A stretch of 64,000 nucleotides of DNA from Candidatus Woesearchaeota archaeon (GTDB lineage: Archaea > Nanobdellota > Nanobdellia > Woesearchaeales > GW2011-AR9): assembly GCA_043797205.1 (NCBI GenBank), contig JAZDQB010000013.1, positions 12,979 through 76,978 on the forward strand, given 5' to 3'. Shown piece after piece: positions 9,052 to 18,169 of the stretch. The stretch's first letter is position 1, and each line of letters opens with the position of its first letter. Position numbers and translations under genes: made by a program. The notes below the pieces were generated by a model. It was not told where the DNA came from. It saw nothing but the letters and a program-made list of their open reading frames with translations, and searched no databases.

Positions 9052-9063
9052 CGTACCGGTACG
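9052..9063. promoter_or_regulatory. Second copy of palindrome CGTACCGGTACG, upstream of the methyltransferase gene
   Basis: Read directly. 43 nt upstream of the 9009 start and 17 nt after the stop of 9080..9685. Confidence 0.4.
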
Positions 9064-9079
9064 AAATGATTACTTTATC

Positions 9080-9685
9080 TTATCCAAAACTTACTATTTT
9101 CTTGCTTCTAACCTTAAATCCATATTCTTCCAATTGAGATAGTGCTGCTTGGTTCCAATCTAAACTAAAACAAAAAGTAAAGGAATATTTTCTCTGTGGG
9201 TCTAGGGCTAATTCTAAACAGCGATAAAAATTATCTAAAGCAATATTTTTAATGATTAAACGGTCTCCCCTAGACAGATCCTCATCTTGAACAATATCTA
9301 ACAATCTTCTTACCGCTACTCCCTGAAAGAATCCTAAATTTACTTTAGCGAATTTATGGACCGTTATCCTAATAGAATCATCTTTATTAGATAAGAAATA
9401 GTTTCCAGTATGATGGTAATAGCTATCTCCTGCCTTTAGTACTTCCGACGCCCCTTGACTAAGATTAACTGGTAAGCGGGAGGGGGTGTTTCTGTAAAAA
9501 TCTAGAACTTCTTGTTCTAGGTGGGGAAGACCAAATAGTTCTAACGGAAAAAAGTAAAAATAGTTTGTAAACTCCTGAGAGTCCTCTTCTCTTCCAGTTA
9601 TGGGCGAAGGGCCCTCTAAAGCGACCAAATATTCTACTCTTAAAACAGTTCCATTTTCTGTAGTTACTATCCAATCTAAATCCAT
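9080..9685 (-). CDS. Hypothetical protein
   Basis: 201-aa ORF with ordinary composition. No motif recognised. Confidence 0.5.
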   Translation of the reverse strand: MDLDWIVTTENGTVLRVEYLVALEGPSPITGREEDSQEFTNYFYFFPLELFGLPHLEQEVLDFYRNTPSRLPVNLSQGASEVLKAGDSYYHHTGNYFLSNKDDSIRITVHKFAKVNLGFFQGVAVRRLLDIVQDEDLSRGDRLIIKNIALDNFYRCLELALDPQRKYSFTFCFSLDWNQAALSQLEEYGFKVRSKKIVSFG

Positions 9686-9753
9686 GCTTTCTCCAGAACA
9701 CCTAACTTATTAACTAATAACTCCCCCTATTTAAAAAAGTTATTGTAGGCTCT

Positions 9754-10770
9754 TCATTCTTTCCCTTCTTCCCATACTTTCTCAAACTCCTGTAAGAATC
9801 TCTTAGCGATTTCTCGATCATGAATTATCAGCACATTTTCGTCATTTCTGGTATTCCCATTTTGTGTAGGATTAAATGAGCCAGTTATTACCGTAGAATT
9901 ATCGATGATAAACACTTTATGGTGCATGGTCTGAGGATTTCCATCTTTCTTTGTCTCAATTCCATTATGTACGAAACGGGCAAATTGCGAATCTTCCGTA
10001 ACCATCCTCGTTTCCATTACTCCCTTGACCGTTAATCCATCTTTCTTCTTCAGCAGTAGTTCGTTCCCGATACTTTCATCAGTAAAGGAGAAAGTCATAA
10101 AGTATATTTCTTGCTGGGCTTTATTTAATTCTGCTTTAACTCGCTCTTGACATTGATCTTCCGGGCAGAAATAGTTCTCCACCGGAATACTACCAATCCT
10201 TAACTGCGGATTCCTGATCGGAGCGCCTTTCTTAAAAGTTCCATTCCACATCTCTTGGAATTCATCTTCGTAATTCTGGGCTAGCAGCGGAGAAGTTATC
10301 AGTAACAGATTGTTATTGTTCTTCTTCGCACAATTCTCGGTGGGGTTCATTGATCCAGCATACACTTTCTCTCCATCAATTATACAAAATTTATTGTGCA
10401 TCAAGCCCCAAGAATCGCTTTTGACAAAAGAATAGTTGAATTCGTAGAGGTAATCATTGTCTGTAATTACTTTTACATCCATCTCTGGCTGTTTTTGTTT
10501 TTGTAATACTACCTCTTGCGCCGCTTTCAGGTCAAATTCGTACATGGCGCAATGAATAGTGTTTTCGGCCGATTGTAAGAATTGCACTAAGGCCTGCTCA
10601 CAATCTTCTTGGGGACAGAAGTATAATCCAATTTCTCCGGAACTTTGGACGAAGGTTTTTACTTCAAGGGTGTTTGCTCCGGTAATTTTTGATTCGATAT
10701 TTGTAAAACAAAAATAAATTCCTGCTACTATTAATAAAAGAACCAGACTTAACACTACTCTCTTTTTCAT
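9754..10770 (-). CDS. Phospholipase D-family (HKD) protein with N-terminal membrane anchor
   Basis: Two HKD motifs, MHNKFCIIDGEKVYAGSMNPT and MHHKVFIIDNSTVITGSFNPT. N-terminal hydrophobic helix. Confidence 0.85.
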   Translation of the reverse strand: MKKRVVLSLVLLLIVAGIYFCFTNIESKITGANTLEVKTFVQSSGEIGLYFCPQEDCEQALVQFLQSAENTIHCAMYEFDLKAAQEVVLQKQKQPEMDVKVITDNDYLYEFNYSFVKSDSWGLMHNKFCIIDGEKVYAGSMNPTENCAKKNNNNLLLITSPLLAQNYEDEFQEMWNGTFKKGAPIRNPQLRIGSIPVENYFCPEDQCQERVKAELNKAQQEIYFMTFSFTDESIGNELLLKKKDGLTVKGVMETRMVTEDSQFARFVHNGIETKKDGNPQTMHHKVFIIDNSTVITGSFNPTQNGNTRNDENVLIIHDREIAKRFLQEFEKVWEEGKE

Positions 10771-10837
10771 AATGATTTAAAATCATTAAAACTATAAAAA
10801 TCTAACCTAAAAATAAATAATAAATAATAAAAAAGGC

Positions 10838-11413
10838 TTACTGTGATCGATTGTGAGCTCTTCGGCTCGGCCTAGCCTTTTCTGCTCCTTCTCCTCGACT
10901 TAACATGCCGCGGACTTTTCTTCCCGCAGAAGTCTTGCCATGATATACTCTGGACCAATTCTTCTTTTGGCAAATCCAATTGATGTGCGGGTCAGCTTTG
11001 ATTACGGGATGAGTGGGATCAACTAAAATCACTTCATACCAAAAATGCTGTCCGTCTCGAGCTACCCAATATGAATTTAATACGGCTAAGTTTGGGAAAT
11101 GCTTTTGGGCTCTTTCCTCACTAATCAATTGGTAATTCTTTCTTAAAGTCATAGTCTTACCAAACTTGCTCGGTTTTCTTCCTCCGGCAATGTCTGGTCG
11201 GCGATGTCCTCCTCTTAATACTCGTTGCCTGACTACGATGTAACCTTGTTTGGCTTTGTAGCCTAAAGAACGAGCACGATCAATTCTCGTGGGATGTTCC
11301 AAAACCGTAGTAGAATTTTCTCTGCGCCATGCCATCAAGCGCTCTCTCCATAATTCCTGCAAACCTTCTTGGGGTTTTTTCCAAGTCTGTCTGATGTACT
11401 TATATAATCCCAT
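10838..11413 (-). CDS. rpl15e: Ribosomal protein eL15 (L15e)
   Basis: MGLYKYIRQTWKKP...GYKAKQGYIVVRQRV...FPNLAVLNSYWV. GGAGG lies 10 nt upstream of the ATG. Confidence 0.95.
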   Translation of the reverse strand: MGLYKYIRQTWKKPQEGLQELWRERLMAWRRENSTTVLEHPTRIDRARSLGYKAKQGYIVVRQRVLRGGHRRPDIAGGRKPSKFGKTMTLRKNYQLISEERAQKHFPNLAVLNSYWVARDGQHFWYEVILVDPTHPVIKADPHINWICQKKNWSRVYHGKTSAGRKVRGMLSRGEGAEKARPSRRAHNRSQ

Positions 11414-11465
11414 TGTTATTAGCCTCCGATGCTATATTTTTTCTTTCCGAAACAGTTCGTTAACC

Positions 11466-11499
11466 GTGGGGCTGAGGAACGAAGTTCCGAATGCCGCAC
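11466..11499 (+). ncRNA. 34-nt internal-loop hairpin (copy A), embedded in a roughly 130-nt multi-hairpin region
   Basis: GUGGGGCUGAGGAAC-GAA-GUUCCGAAUGCCGCAC. A near-identical copy lies on the minus strand at 43418..43451, with an A-U to G-C compensatory change. Confidence 0.35.
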
Positions 11500-11750
11500 C
11501 ACAGGCACAAGAAAATCAACAACGATTGATTTTCTGTGCAGATGGGAAAACTATCCCATCTTGCATGATAAAGCTGTTAAGGTTTATTAGGATTCAGGTG
11601 AGCAATTACCTACATTTCCTACTTTAAGGCTAAAATGAAGAGTATTTAAAAAGGTTTTTGTTCAGTTTACTCTTAATAAGATATTTGTTACCTTCTTTAT
11701 TGAACTACAACTCCAAAGACTTTAAATACCCTTAAATTATTCTTACTTCT

Positions 11751-12920
11751 ATGGTGGAACTTAAATCTATTATCAAAGAAGATTTTGTGATTTTGGATGA
11801 AGACACTTCCTTATCCGAAGTCATTACCCAACTACAGAACTTTGAGAAACGAGCGGGATTAGTCTTCCGTAAAAAAAAGTATCTGGGTTTGGTGGAAAAA
11901 CGCAATTTGATGAGGTCTAGTGTAGATTTCAGTAAAATTAAAGTTCGCGGTTTAGTAAGCAAAACTCCGGTATTAAAAGAAAGTACCTCCTTGTTAGAAG
12001 CGGCTAAACTGGCCTTCGATTCGGGGGTGGATTATCTTCCGGTAGAAAAAGGTAAAAATATTATAGGAGTGATAGATTCTTTAGATTTAGCAAAATCCTG
12101 TTTAGAACTGCCGGAAACTAAGAACTTAAAGGTGGAAGATATTAAACTAGTTAAACCTTCTAAAATCGAACATGAAGATAGTTTAGGAAAAGCTTTAGCC
12201 ATTATGCAAGAAGAATCAGCGGATCACTTGCCCCTTTTTACTGGAGGGAAATTATCCGGTGTGCTTAGTTTTAGAGACGTTCTGAGAAAATATCTTAATT
12301 GGTCTCCTAGCCGGGATTATTCTGCTAAATTTAATGCTAAAGCTCAGATGAAAATAACTGACGCCGAATTACCTAAACTCTCTTCTTTACCAATTAGTGA
12401 TTTTAGCACTAATGAAAATCTTATTACAGTACATTCTAGTGAAAATCTAAAGAAAGCGTTAGAAATAATGGCTGTTAATCGCATTCATGATGTTTTGGTA
12501 GTCGATTTTGAAAATGATTTTAAAGGCATGCTCACAGCTCGCAATGTCTTGAAGAAAGTGGGCGCTTTAAACAGTATACAAAATTATAACATCCAGTTTG
12601 TAGGATTAAAAGAGTGTAAGCTTAAACCGTACCAGAGATATGCCTTGCAAGAATTAGCTCAATCTGAGATGGCCAAACTGCAACGTAAACTTAAGCAGGA
12701 ATTAGCCGTAAACATTCACCTCAAAGGACACGGAATGAAAGAGCAGGGAAGAGAGAAATTTTCTGTGACTATGCGTTTATCCTTACCTAGCCATACTATC
12801 GTTAGCACTCATGACGATTGGGAGCCGGAAACGGTGCTGAGAAGCGCTTTTGAACATGTTGAAGATGAAGCTCTGCGTAAGATTGGTAAACAACTGGCTA
12901 GAGATAAGAAGATATTGTAA
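11751..12920 (+). CDS. CBS-domain protein (about four CBS repeats) with a C-terminal HPF/RaiA-like domain
   Basis: Repeated CBS-like segments (e.g. GVIDSLDLAK, GVLSFRDVLRK, GMLTARNVLKK). The C-terminal roughly 105 aa follows a beta-alpha-beta-beta-beta-alpha pattern like ribosome hibernation factors. Confidence 0.65.
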   Translation: MVELKSIIKEDFVILDEDTSLSEVITQLQNFEKRAGLVFRKKKYLGLVEKRNLMRSSVDFSKIKVRGLVSKTPVLKESTSLLEAAKLAFDSGVDYLPVEKGKNIIGVIDSLDLAKSCLELPETKNLKVEDIKLVKPSKIEHEDSLGKALAIMQEESADHLPLFTGGKLSGVLSFRDVLRKYLNWSPSRDYSAKFNAKAQMKITDAELPKLSSLPISDFSTNENLITVHSSENLKKALEIMAVNRIHDVLVVDFENDFKGMLTARNVLKKVGALNSIQNYNIQFVGLKECKLKPYQRYALQELAQSEMAKLQRKLKQELAVNIHLKGHGMKEQGREKFSVTMRLSLPSHTIVSTHDDWEPETVLRSAFEHVEDEALRKIGKQLARDKKIL

Positions 12921-12951
12921 ATAAAACAAATAAAATACTTTTTTTAAATTA

Positions 12952-13299
12952 TTACTTTTTCTTTCCCTTCTTAGGAAGGCTGCGCATTATGGGAACTTTG
13001 GGTATTTTCTTCTCTTGACCTCGTTTCTTCTTAAACAGTATCGCATTTTTCTCGCTGACGAAACGATAAGTCTTCCCGTCCAATTCCATTTCGATTACTT
13101 CATCCACATCTTTAATGGGCTGTCCGGTTAAAGCATCTTTGCCTAATTGTCCGCCTAGAGCTGCTCCCGCTTCAAAACCTTCTTCCCAGGGCTCCAGTTC
13201 GTCATCTTCTAATTCTTCTAATGGTTGTTCTTCCTCTTCTGGAAGCTCTTCATCCGGCTTATGGTACACTGCGGGCTCTTTTTTAGGTTTTTTGATCAT
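12952..13299 (-). CDS. Hypothetical charged protein (acidic N-terminus, Lys-rich C-terminus; degenerate YHS-like core without Cys)
   Basis: 115-aa ORF. DGKTYRFVSEKNAILF resembles a YHS/TRASH beta-hairpin but lacks cysteines. Confidence 0.45.
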   Translation of the reverse strand: MIKKPKKEPAVYHKPDEELPEEEEQPLEELEDDELEPWEEGFEAGAALGGQLGKDALTGQPIKDVDEVIEMELDGKTYRFVSEKNAILFKKKRGQEKKIPKVPIMRSLPKKGKKK

Positions 13300-13341
13300 A
13301 AAGGAAGGATAATCCGGGGGTTTAAATCTTTTGCGGAAATA

Positions 13342-13944
13342 TTAATACCCTAAATAAGTCCTCACCAATAGGATAACCGTTCCCGCTACTAAAGGTACAA
13401 TCAAATTATCATCCAAATGTCGACCGTTTAGATCAATATCAATCACTTCCATTACCATGGCGGAAAAACTGGCTAAAAAGGCTTCCGGATAAGGTACAAA
13501 GATTAAAGCTCCAAAAAAGGCAAATACAAATCCGGCCAAAGTTCCTTCAAACAATTTTCTGCTTTTCCAATTGAAGAAATTATTCATGCTGCCGAGAGCT
13601 TCTCCGATAATATGACTAAAGGAATCTCCTAACGCCAATATCATAATAGCAGCTAGAGCAATATCTTTAGTAAATAATTGCATACACAGCAATACTCCAA
13701 TAAAAAAGAAGATTAATCCTCTCCCTGGAAAAGTTTTACGCATCTCTTCCCGTTCAAAATGTTCTAAGAACCAACTGAAGCCAGGTAACCTTACTCGCTT
13801 GCTTAGTAGGCAGGCTAATCCTCCCGCAACGATGCCGATGAATACGGCTAAAGGACTTAAAATATTGTAATAATACGTTATGACTGTAGCTACTCCAATC
13901 AGAATATGCAATACTTGACGAAAATACTCGTTTTTGGTGAGCAT
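13342..13944 (-). CDS. Polytopic membrane protein, cytidylyltransferase/dolichol-kinase-like family
   Basis: Multiple TM helices. LGDSFSHIIGEALG and KLFEGTLAGFVFAF motifs. Confidence 0.5.
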   Translation of the reverse strand: MLTKNEYFRQVLHILIGVATVITYYYNILSPLAVFIGIVAGGLACLLSKRVRLPGFSWFLEHFEREEMRKTFPGRGLIFFFIGVLLCMQLFTKDIALAAIMILALGDSFSHIIGEALGSMNNFFNWKSRKLFEGTLAGFVFAFFGALIFVPYPEAFLASFSAMVMEVIDIDLNGRHLDDNLIVPLVAGTVILLVRTYLGY

Positions 13945-14002
13945 GGAAGGCTTTTTTCGGTTACATAGTTAAAAACATTATGTATTTGTAGCACAAAATT
14001 TA

Positions 14003-14172
14003 GAAAACCACCCGCCTGGCCAATAAGAAGTGCTACCAACCTAAGGTCGAGTGCTTTCTTTTTCTTGGATGAAGCGATTAGGGGGAAGTCCCTTACGGGG
14101 ATGGTCGCTATCAAAGAAAATAGCGAGGCACGAGAAGCTGGTGGCAGTTAAACCGATGGCTAGGGTGGTTTC
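14003..14172. ncRNA. Structured element C1 (about 170 nt) with an apical M-module
   Basis: Terminal stem GAAAACCACCC/GGGUGGUUUC. Stem AGCGA/UCGCU (14073-77/14105-09) encloses GGGGGAAGUCCCUUACGGGGA. Track ORFs 13899..14114 and 14183..14365 here look spurious. Confidence 0.45.
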
Positions 14173-14222
14173 AAATAAAATCTTACATAAAATTTAAATA
14201 TCTCCTATTAACAATAGTTAAT

Positions 14223-14465
14223 ATGGCCAAAAAGGCAATAGAAAAGAAAATTACTAAGAATACTCTTATTTCTGAAGCTCTAGAACTCTGTCCGGAAGCT
14301 CTAGTGATCATGTTTGAGCATGGCTTGCATTGCGTAGGTTGTGGTGGAGCGGATTTTGAAACCATTGAGCAGGGTTGCCAAGTGCATGGAATGGAAGAAA
14401 AAGAGATTGAAGCGATTGTAGAAGAGATTAATCAGAGTTTAGAAAGAAAGGTTAAGAAAAAGTGA
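14223..14465 (+). CDS. DUF1858-type small redox-disulfide protein (hybrid-cluster-protein-associated domain)
   Basis: TLISEALELCPEALVIMFEHGLHCVGCGGADFETIEQGC. Confidence 0.7.
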   Translation: MAKKAIEKKITKNTLISEALELCPEALVIMFEHGLHCVGCGGADFETIEQGCQVHGMEEKEIEAIVEEINQSLERKVKKK

Positions 14466-14491
14466 TTATTTCTTCTTCAAAATATTAACTA

Positions 14492-15715
14492 TTACAGCTT
14501 AACATCCTGTACTAGTTCTTTCATTATCTTTTCTTTGGTGTATTTATCTTCGTCAAAGAGCAAACCAATATAATCTACATAAGGGGAGGAGAAAATATCC
14601 GAAGGAAAAACCATTGCTCCTTTAGTTTTTGGAGTGAGAGGAAATCCGATTTCATCAAAAACTTCACTTAAAAATTCACTGCAAAATTGCTGATCTTTTA
14701 ATCTGGAGAACATATTATCGGTTTCTATTCTTCTTTTAGTAAATCGGTTCAAAAGGTTATTTGTTAATAAAGAAGGAATAACTCCGGCTAATTTTTTAAC
14801 CGAAAACTTGATTTTTTCAGAAACTTTTCTACGTAATACTTTCCATAAATCTGCTCTTTGTTGATCGCTCAGTTTCGGCCTTAGTACTACCCAAATCACT
14901 CCTTCTTTTAATTCTAACACATTCATCTTATATACTCCATGGAGTTTAGCATCAATGATATAAGGGGTTCTCTTTGAATCTAAGAAAAACAACCCTACAT
15001 GAGTTACCTGTGACCGTGTTACCTTAAACACCCACCGGGATATATCTTTCTTCTGTAAGTAGTTTAAAGTTTTAAAAGAAACAAAAATATCTCCATTCTT
15101 TAATCTGTTAATCCCTTGACCTCCATGCAATAAATTTGCTGCTTGAATTTGCTCATAACTTTGATGTAAATATTCTTCTATTCTCACTCTTCCTTGAAAG
15201 TCGCTTAAGAATTGGTGATTTTTATCACATTTTTCTAAAATCTCTTGAAGGTATTCTTGTAAACGATGAAAAATTTGTTGGTACTCCTTATAATCTAAAT
15301 TATTTCTTAGTTTATTTAATTCACTAGCTATCTTTTTAATTATTTTTAAAATTTTTCTTTGATTTTCTAAAGCATTGTAACAATAACCACGAGTAGTTCG
15401 ATAATGGCTAGGTAAAGAAAATAATTCTTTCTTGAATTTTTCTGAATTAATGAACTCGTTGGTTTTTTCTTCAGATATTTCAGTTATCTTCCTAATACTA
15501 TTCAATTTCTCCATCAAGTTATTAATTATTTCCGCTCTTTCTTTTGAAGAAGAAAGTTTAAATAATATCCCTCTACAAGGCTTAGAAAAAAGATACATCT
15601 GTAATTTACTGGTTCTTTCTTTAATAGTTTCGGTGATATGTACCCCTATTTTGTTTTCTTCTAACAAAAAGGCCATCGGTGTAATTTCAGAAGCTTCTAT
15701 TTGACGTAAAACCAT
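14492..15715 (-). CDS. Hypothetical protein with C-terminal permuted-papain (YiiX-like) region
   Basis: VTHVGLFFLD...IIDA...QQFCSEFLSEVF, in the same order as 6649..7335. The N-terminal half is helical. Confidence 0.45.
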   Translation of the reverse strand: MVLRQIEASEITPMAFLLEENKIGVHITETIKERTSKLQMYLFSKPCRGILFKLSSSKERAEIINNLMEKLNSIRKITEISEEKTNEFINSEKFKKELFSLPSHYRTTRGYCYNALENQRKILKIIKKIASELNKLRNNLDYKEYQQIFHRLQEYLQEILEKCDKNHQFLSDFQGRVRIEEYLHQSYEQIQAANLLHGGQGINRLKNGDIFVSFKTLNYLQKKDISRWVFKVTRSQVTHVGLFFLDSKRTPYIIDAKLHGVYKMNVLELKEGVIWVVLRPKLSDQQRADLWKVLRRKVSEKIKFSVKKLAGVIPSLLTNNLLNRFTKRRIETDNMFSRLKDQQFCSEFLSEVFDEIGFPLTPKTKGAMVFPSDIFSSPYVDYIGLLFDEDKYTKEKIMKELVQDVKL

Positions 15716-15799
15716 TATCGATAGATAATCTCTTCTCTTAATAAAATTTCTTATTTTAAGCGCAAGATTAATAAACTACTCTGCAGTAGAAACACACAT

Positions 15800-16618
15800 A
15801 TGGGTTCCCTCTCGCAAACGGTTGCTGAACTTGCTCACCGAAGCAATTATGAACGTCGTTTAATAATTAAAGGAGTTCTGGAAGATTATTCCCTTCCTTC
15901 AATGGAACAAAGATTCAATCATAATTCGAATAGTAATGTTCTAGTCAATTTTTCTTCTACTAAGAACGAAGCTAAACTGCTTCTTTGTGCTCATTATGAT
16001 TGCTTCCCCGGAAGTCCTGGAGCTAATGACGATGCTTCTTCTGTTTCTGTTTTACTAGAATTGGCCCGAAAATTAAAATCGGAAGGATTTTCATGGCCTT
16101 TAAGAATAGCTTTTTTTGATGAAGAGGAAAATCATCTCTGGGGTTCGTCAGCTTATATTGAGGAATATGGTATAAATAAAGCGGCAACAGTATTAAATTT
16201 AGAATTAGTTGGAAGAGGTTCTGTACCTTTATTTTGGGAAAAGAAGAATCAGTCTGATGATTATTTAAAATTATTAGATCGCACTTGTGGTGAGTTGGGT
16301 CGTAGGGCTTATTTTGTGAGTCAAGTTCTTGGACACGGTGGAGATCATCAAACTTTCTACAACTCCGGGGTTAATAATTCTATCTGTCTTTCTATGTTAG
16401 ACGAGCGGGACTTGATTCTTGTTCCTGAAGCGCAAAATATAGATAGTAATCCCCGAAGTAGTAGAAGAAAAAGAGCCTCGTTAATAAGAAAAATTAGAGG
16501 TTCTTATACTCTAAAAGATTATCACCAAAAGACCGATACCGCTGACAAGATCTCTGAAGAAAGTTTAGAATTCTCTGTTAATTTAGTTTATCAATTTGTT
16601 AAGAATTATTTTGGATAA
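15800..16618 (+). CDS. M28-family metallopeptidase
   Basis: LLCAHYDCFPGSPGANDDASSVSVLLELARKL...RIAFFDEEE...GSSAY. Confidence 0.7.
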   Translation: MGSLSQTVAELAHRSNYERRLIIKGVLEDYSLPSMEQRFNHNSNSNVLVNFSSTKNEAKLLLCAHYDCFPGSPGANDDASSVSVLLELARKLKSEGFSWPLRIAFFDEEENHLWGSSAYIEEYGINKAATVLNLELVGRGSVPLFWEKKNQSDDYLKLLDRTCGELGRRAYFVSQVLGHGGDHQTFYNSGVNNSICLSMLDERDLILVPEAQNIDSNPRSSRRKRASLIRKIRGSYTLKDYHQKTDTADKISEESLEFSVNLVYQFVKNYFG

Positions 16619-16689
16619 TCCATTCTAATAAAACTGTTAATAAACAACCAAAAATCTAAAAAATCCCCAAAGGGGTAATAAAAAAATAT

Positions 16690-16962
16690 TTATAACTGCG
16701 TTCTAATGCTTTCAATGTTAGAAGCAATATCTGTTCCTTTCTTAGTCAACTCTAACAATTTTAATCTGCCTTCTTTCTTGAAGCGGATTAATTCGGCCTT
16801 CTGCATCTCTTGCAAAATCTTCACTACATGCGAATACGTGCAGTCGATTTGTTTTGCTAATACTGAGGCATAGACGTTAGAATCAGCGTTTTTCAATTCT
16901 ACCAACATCATCGCTGGCTTTTCTCGAAAAAATACGTCAAAGATAGACTTTTTCTTAATCAA
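16690..16962 (-). CDS. Winged-helix transcriptional regulator (ArsR/MarR-like)
   Basis: VYASVLAKQIDCTYSHVVKILQEMQKAELIRFKKEGRLKLLELTKKG. Confidence 0.7.
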   Translation of the reverse strand: MIKKKSIFDVFFREKPAMMLVELKNADSNVYASVLAKQIDCTYSHVVKILQEMQKAELIRFKKEGRLKLLELTKKGTDIASNIESIRTQL

Positions 16963-17095
16963 GTTTTAACACCCCCACGGTTTTGTCCATCCCCACCTCT
17001 CTGAAATTAAGGGCATGATAGTTATATTTAAACATTTATTGACTAGAATATGTATTTTGTAACATCTATATAAAAGTATCGTGGTCACTTACTAA

Positions 17096-17452
17096 TTATA
17101 ACTGCTTATTTCTGGCCAAAGGATCAATTCCCCGCTTTATCTGCAAATAATAAAGAAATGGATCGATAGAATGCGGCCAAATGCTTGCCTCTAAGCCTTG
17201 TTTTAAAGCAGCCTCTTGAAGTAAGGAGTAAGGAATTCTCTTGCCATCGTAAACAATATGGTCATCAATTACTTCTACCCCGCTTAAATGAGTAAAATAA
17301 ATCGGAATTTCAGGGATAGAAACATGACCAATGGTATTCCCAATACCATCACCATTATTAAACTCTCTCTTAAAACAATCATAAAGAGTGATAGTGTCCT
17401 TTTCTCCGTTGATCGGTTTTAATAAAATAGTGTTTTTCTTCATTTTATCCAT
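17096..17452 (-). CDS. Hypothetical protein
   Basis: 118-aa ORF. No motif recognised. Confidence 0.45.
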   Translation of the reverse strand: MDKMKKNTILLKPINGEKDTITLYDCFKREFNNGDGIGNTIGHVSIPEIPIYFTHLSGVEVIDDHIVYDGKRIPYSLLQEAALKQGLEASIWPHSIDPFLYYLQIKRGIDPLARNKQL

Positions 17453-17556
17453 ATATACTATATGTATTTGTGCTTTTTCAAGAATCTTTTATAAATATTT
17501 CTAAAAATCAAGGTAACATTCATAATAAATATAAACTTAATTCATTAATTTAGACT

Positions 17557-18153
17557 ATGATTGCTTCACTGACTGGAATTTTCGGTTCAAAAACCAAAGC
17601 ACAAGAAATGGTTCTATTACTACAAGATGCAAAAGAAGTAGTGCGGCAAGGTTTTTATGATCAAGAGCTTCCAGCAGTAGAAGAATTCTGTAAAAAAAAT
17701 AATTTGTTTTTAATAAAATCTAAATTTAAGATTTTGTTAGAAGATAAAGAGAATAATTATTCTAACAGGGGTTTGCGTTTAGCTGAAAACGATCCTCGTC
17801 CTGGAATGTATTTCGTGTATATATCAAAAGATGAATCCCGTGCTTTACTAGCGGGTTATGCCGAGATGATGAACCGTCATAAGGAACTGGGAGAAATATT
17901 GGGATATCCGGAATGTTGCATCAATTTCTTCATCCACCATTTTCGCCAAGATAACACTAATTTAGAATTACTCCCTACAAACGAATGGACCAATCTTTCT
18001 AAGAGAGGAGAAGATTGTGTGCTGCTTTCACATTTCCCTTGCCGTTCTGACTGCCAAGAAAGCATTGAACTAGCCCAAAATTATTTTGAAACGATTAAGA
18101 AAGTAGATGCAGAAAGGGCGGAAGAGATGCTAAATATTTTGAAATTAAAATAA
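17557..18153 (+). CDS. Hypothetical protein with conserved Cys cluster (GYPECC...C...C-x3-C)
   Basis: ILGYPECCINFF and HFPCRSDCQES. Confidence 0.5.
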   Translation: MIASLTGIFGSKTKAQEMVLLLQDAKEVVRQGFYDQELPAVEEFCKKNNLFLIKSKFKILLEDKENNYSNRGLRLAENDPRPGMYFVYISKDESRALLAGYAEMMNRHKELGEILGYPECCINFFIHHFRQDNTNLELLPTNEWTNLSKRGEDCVLLSHFPCRSDCQESIELAQNYFETIKKVDAERAEEMLNILKLK

Positions 18154-18169
18154 AGTTAAGTTTATTAGC

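Noticed and set aside
14003-14172. C1 as a minimal RNase P RNA (GGGGGAAGUCCC plus terminal P1-like stem).
   Set aside because: The same module occurs four times in the window in both orientations, there is no convincing P4 3' strand, and the length and architecture do not fit. It is treated instead as a member of the M-module family.
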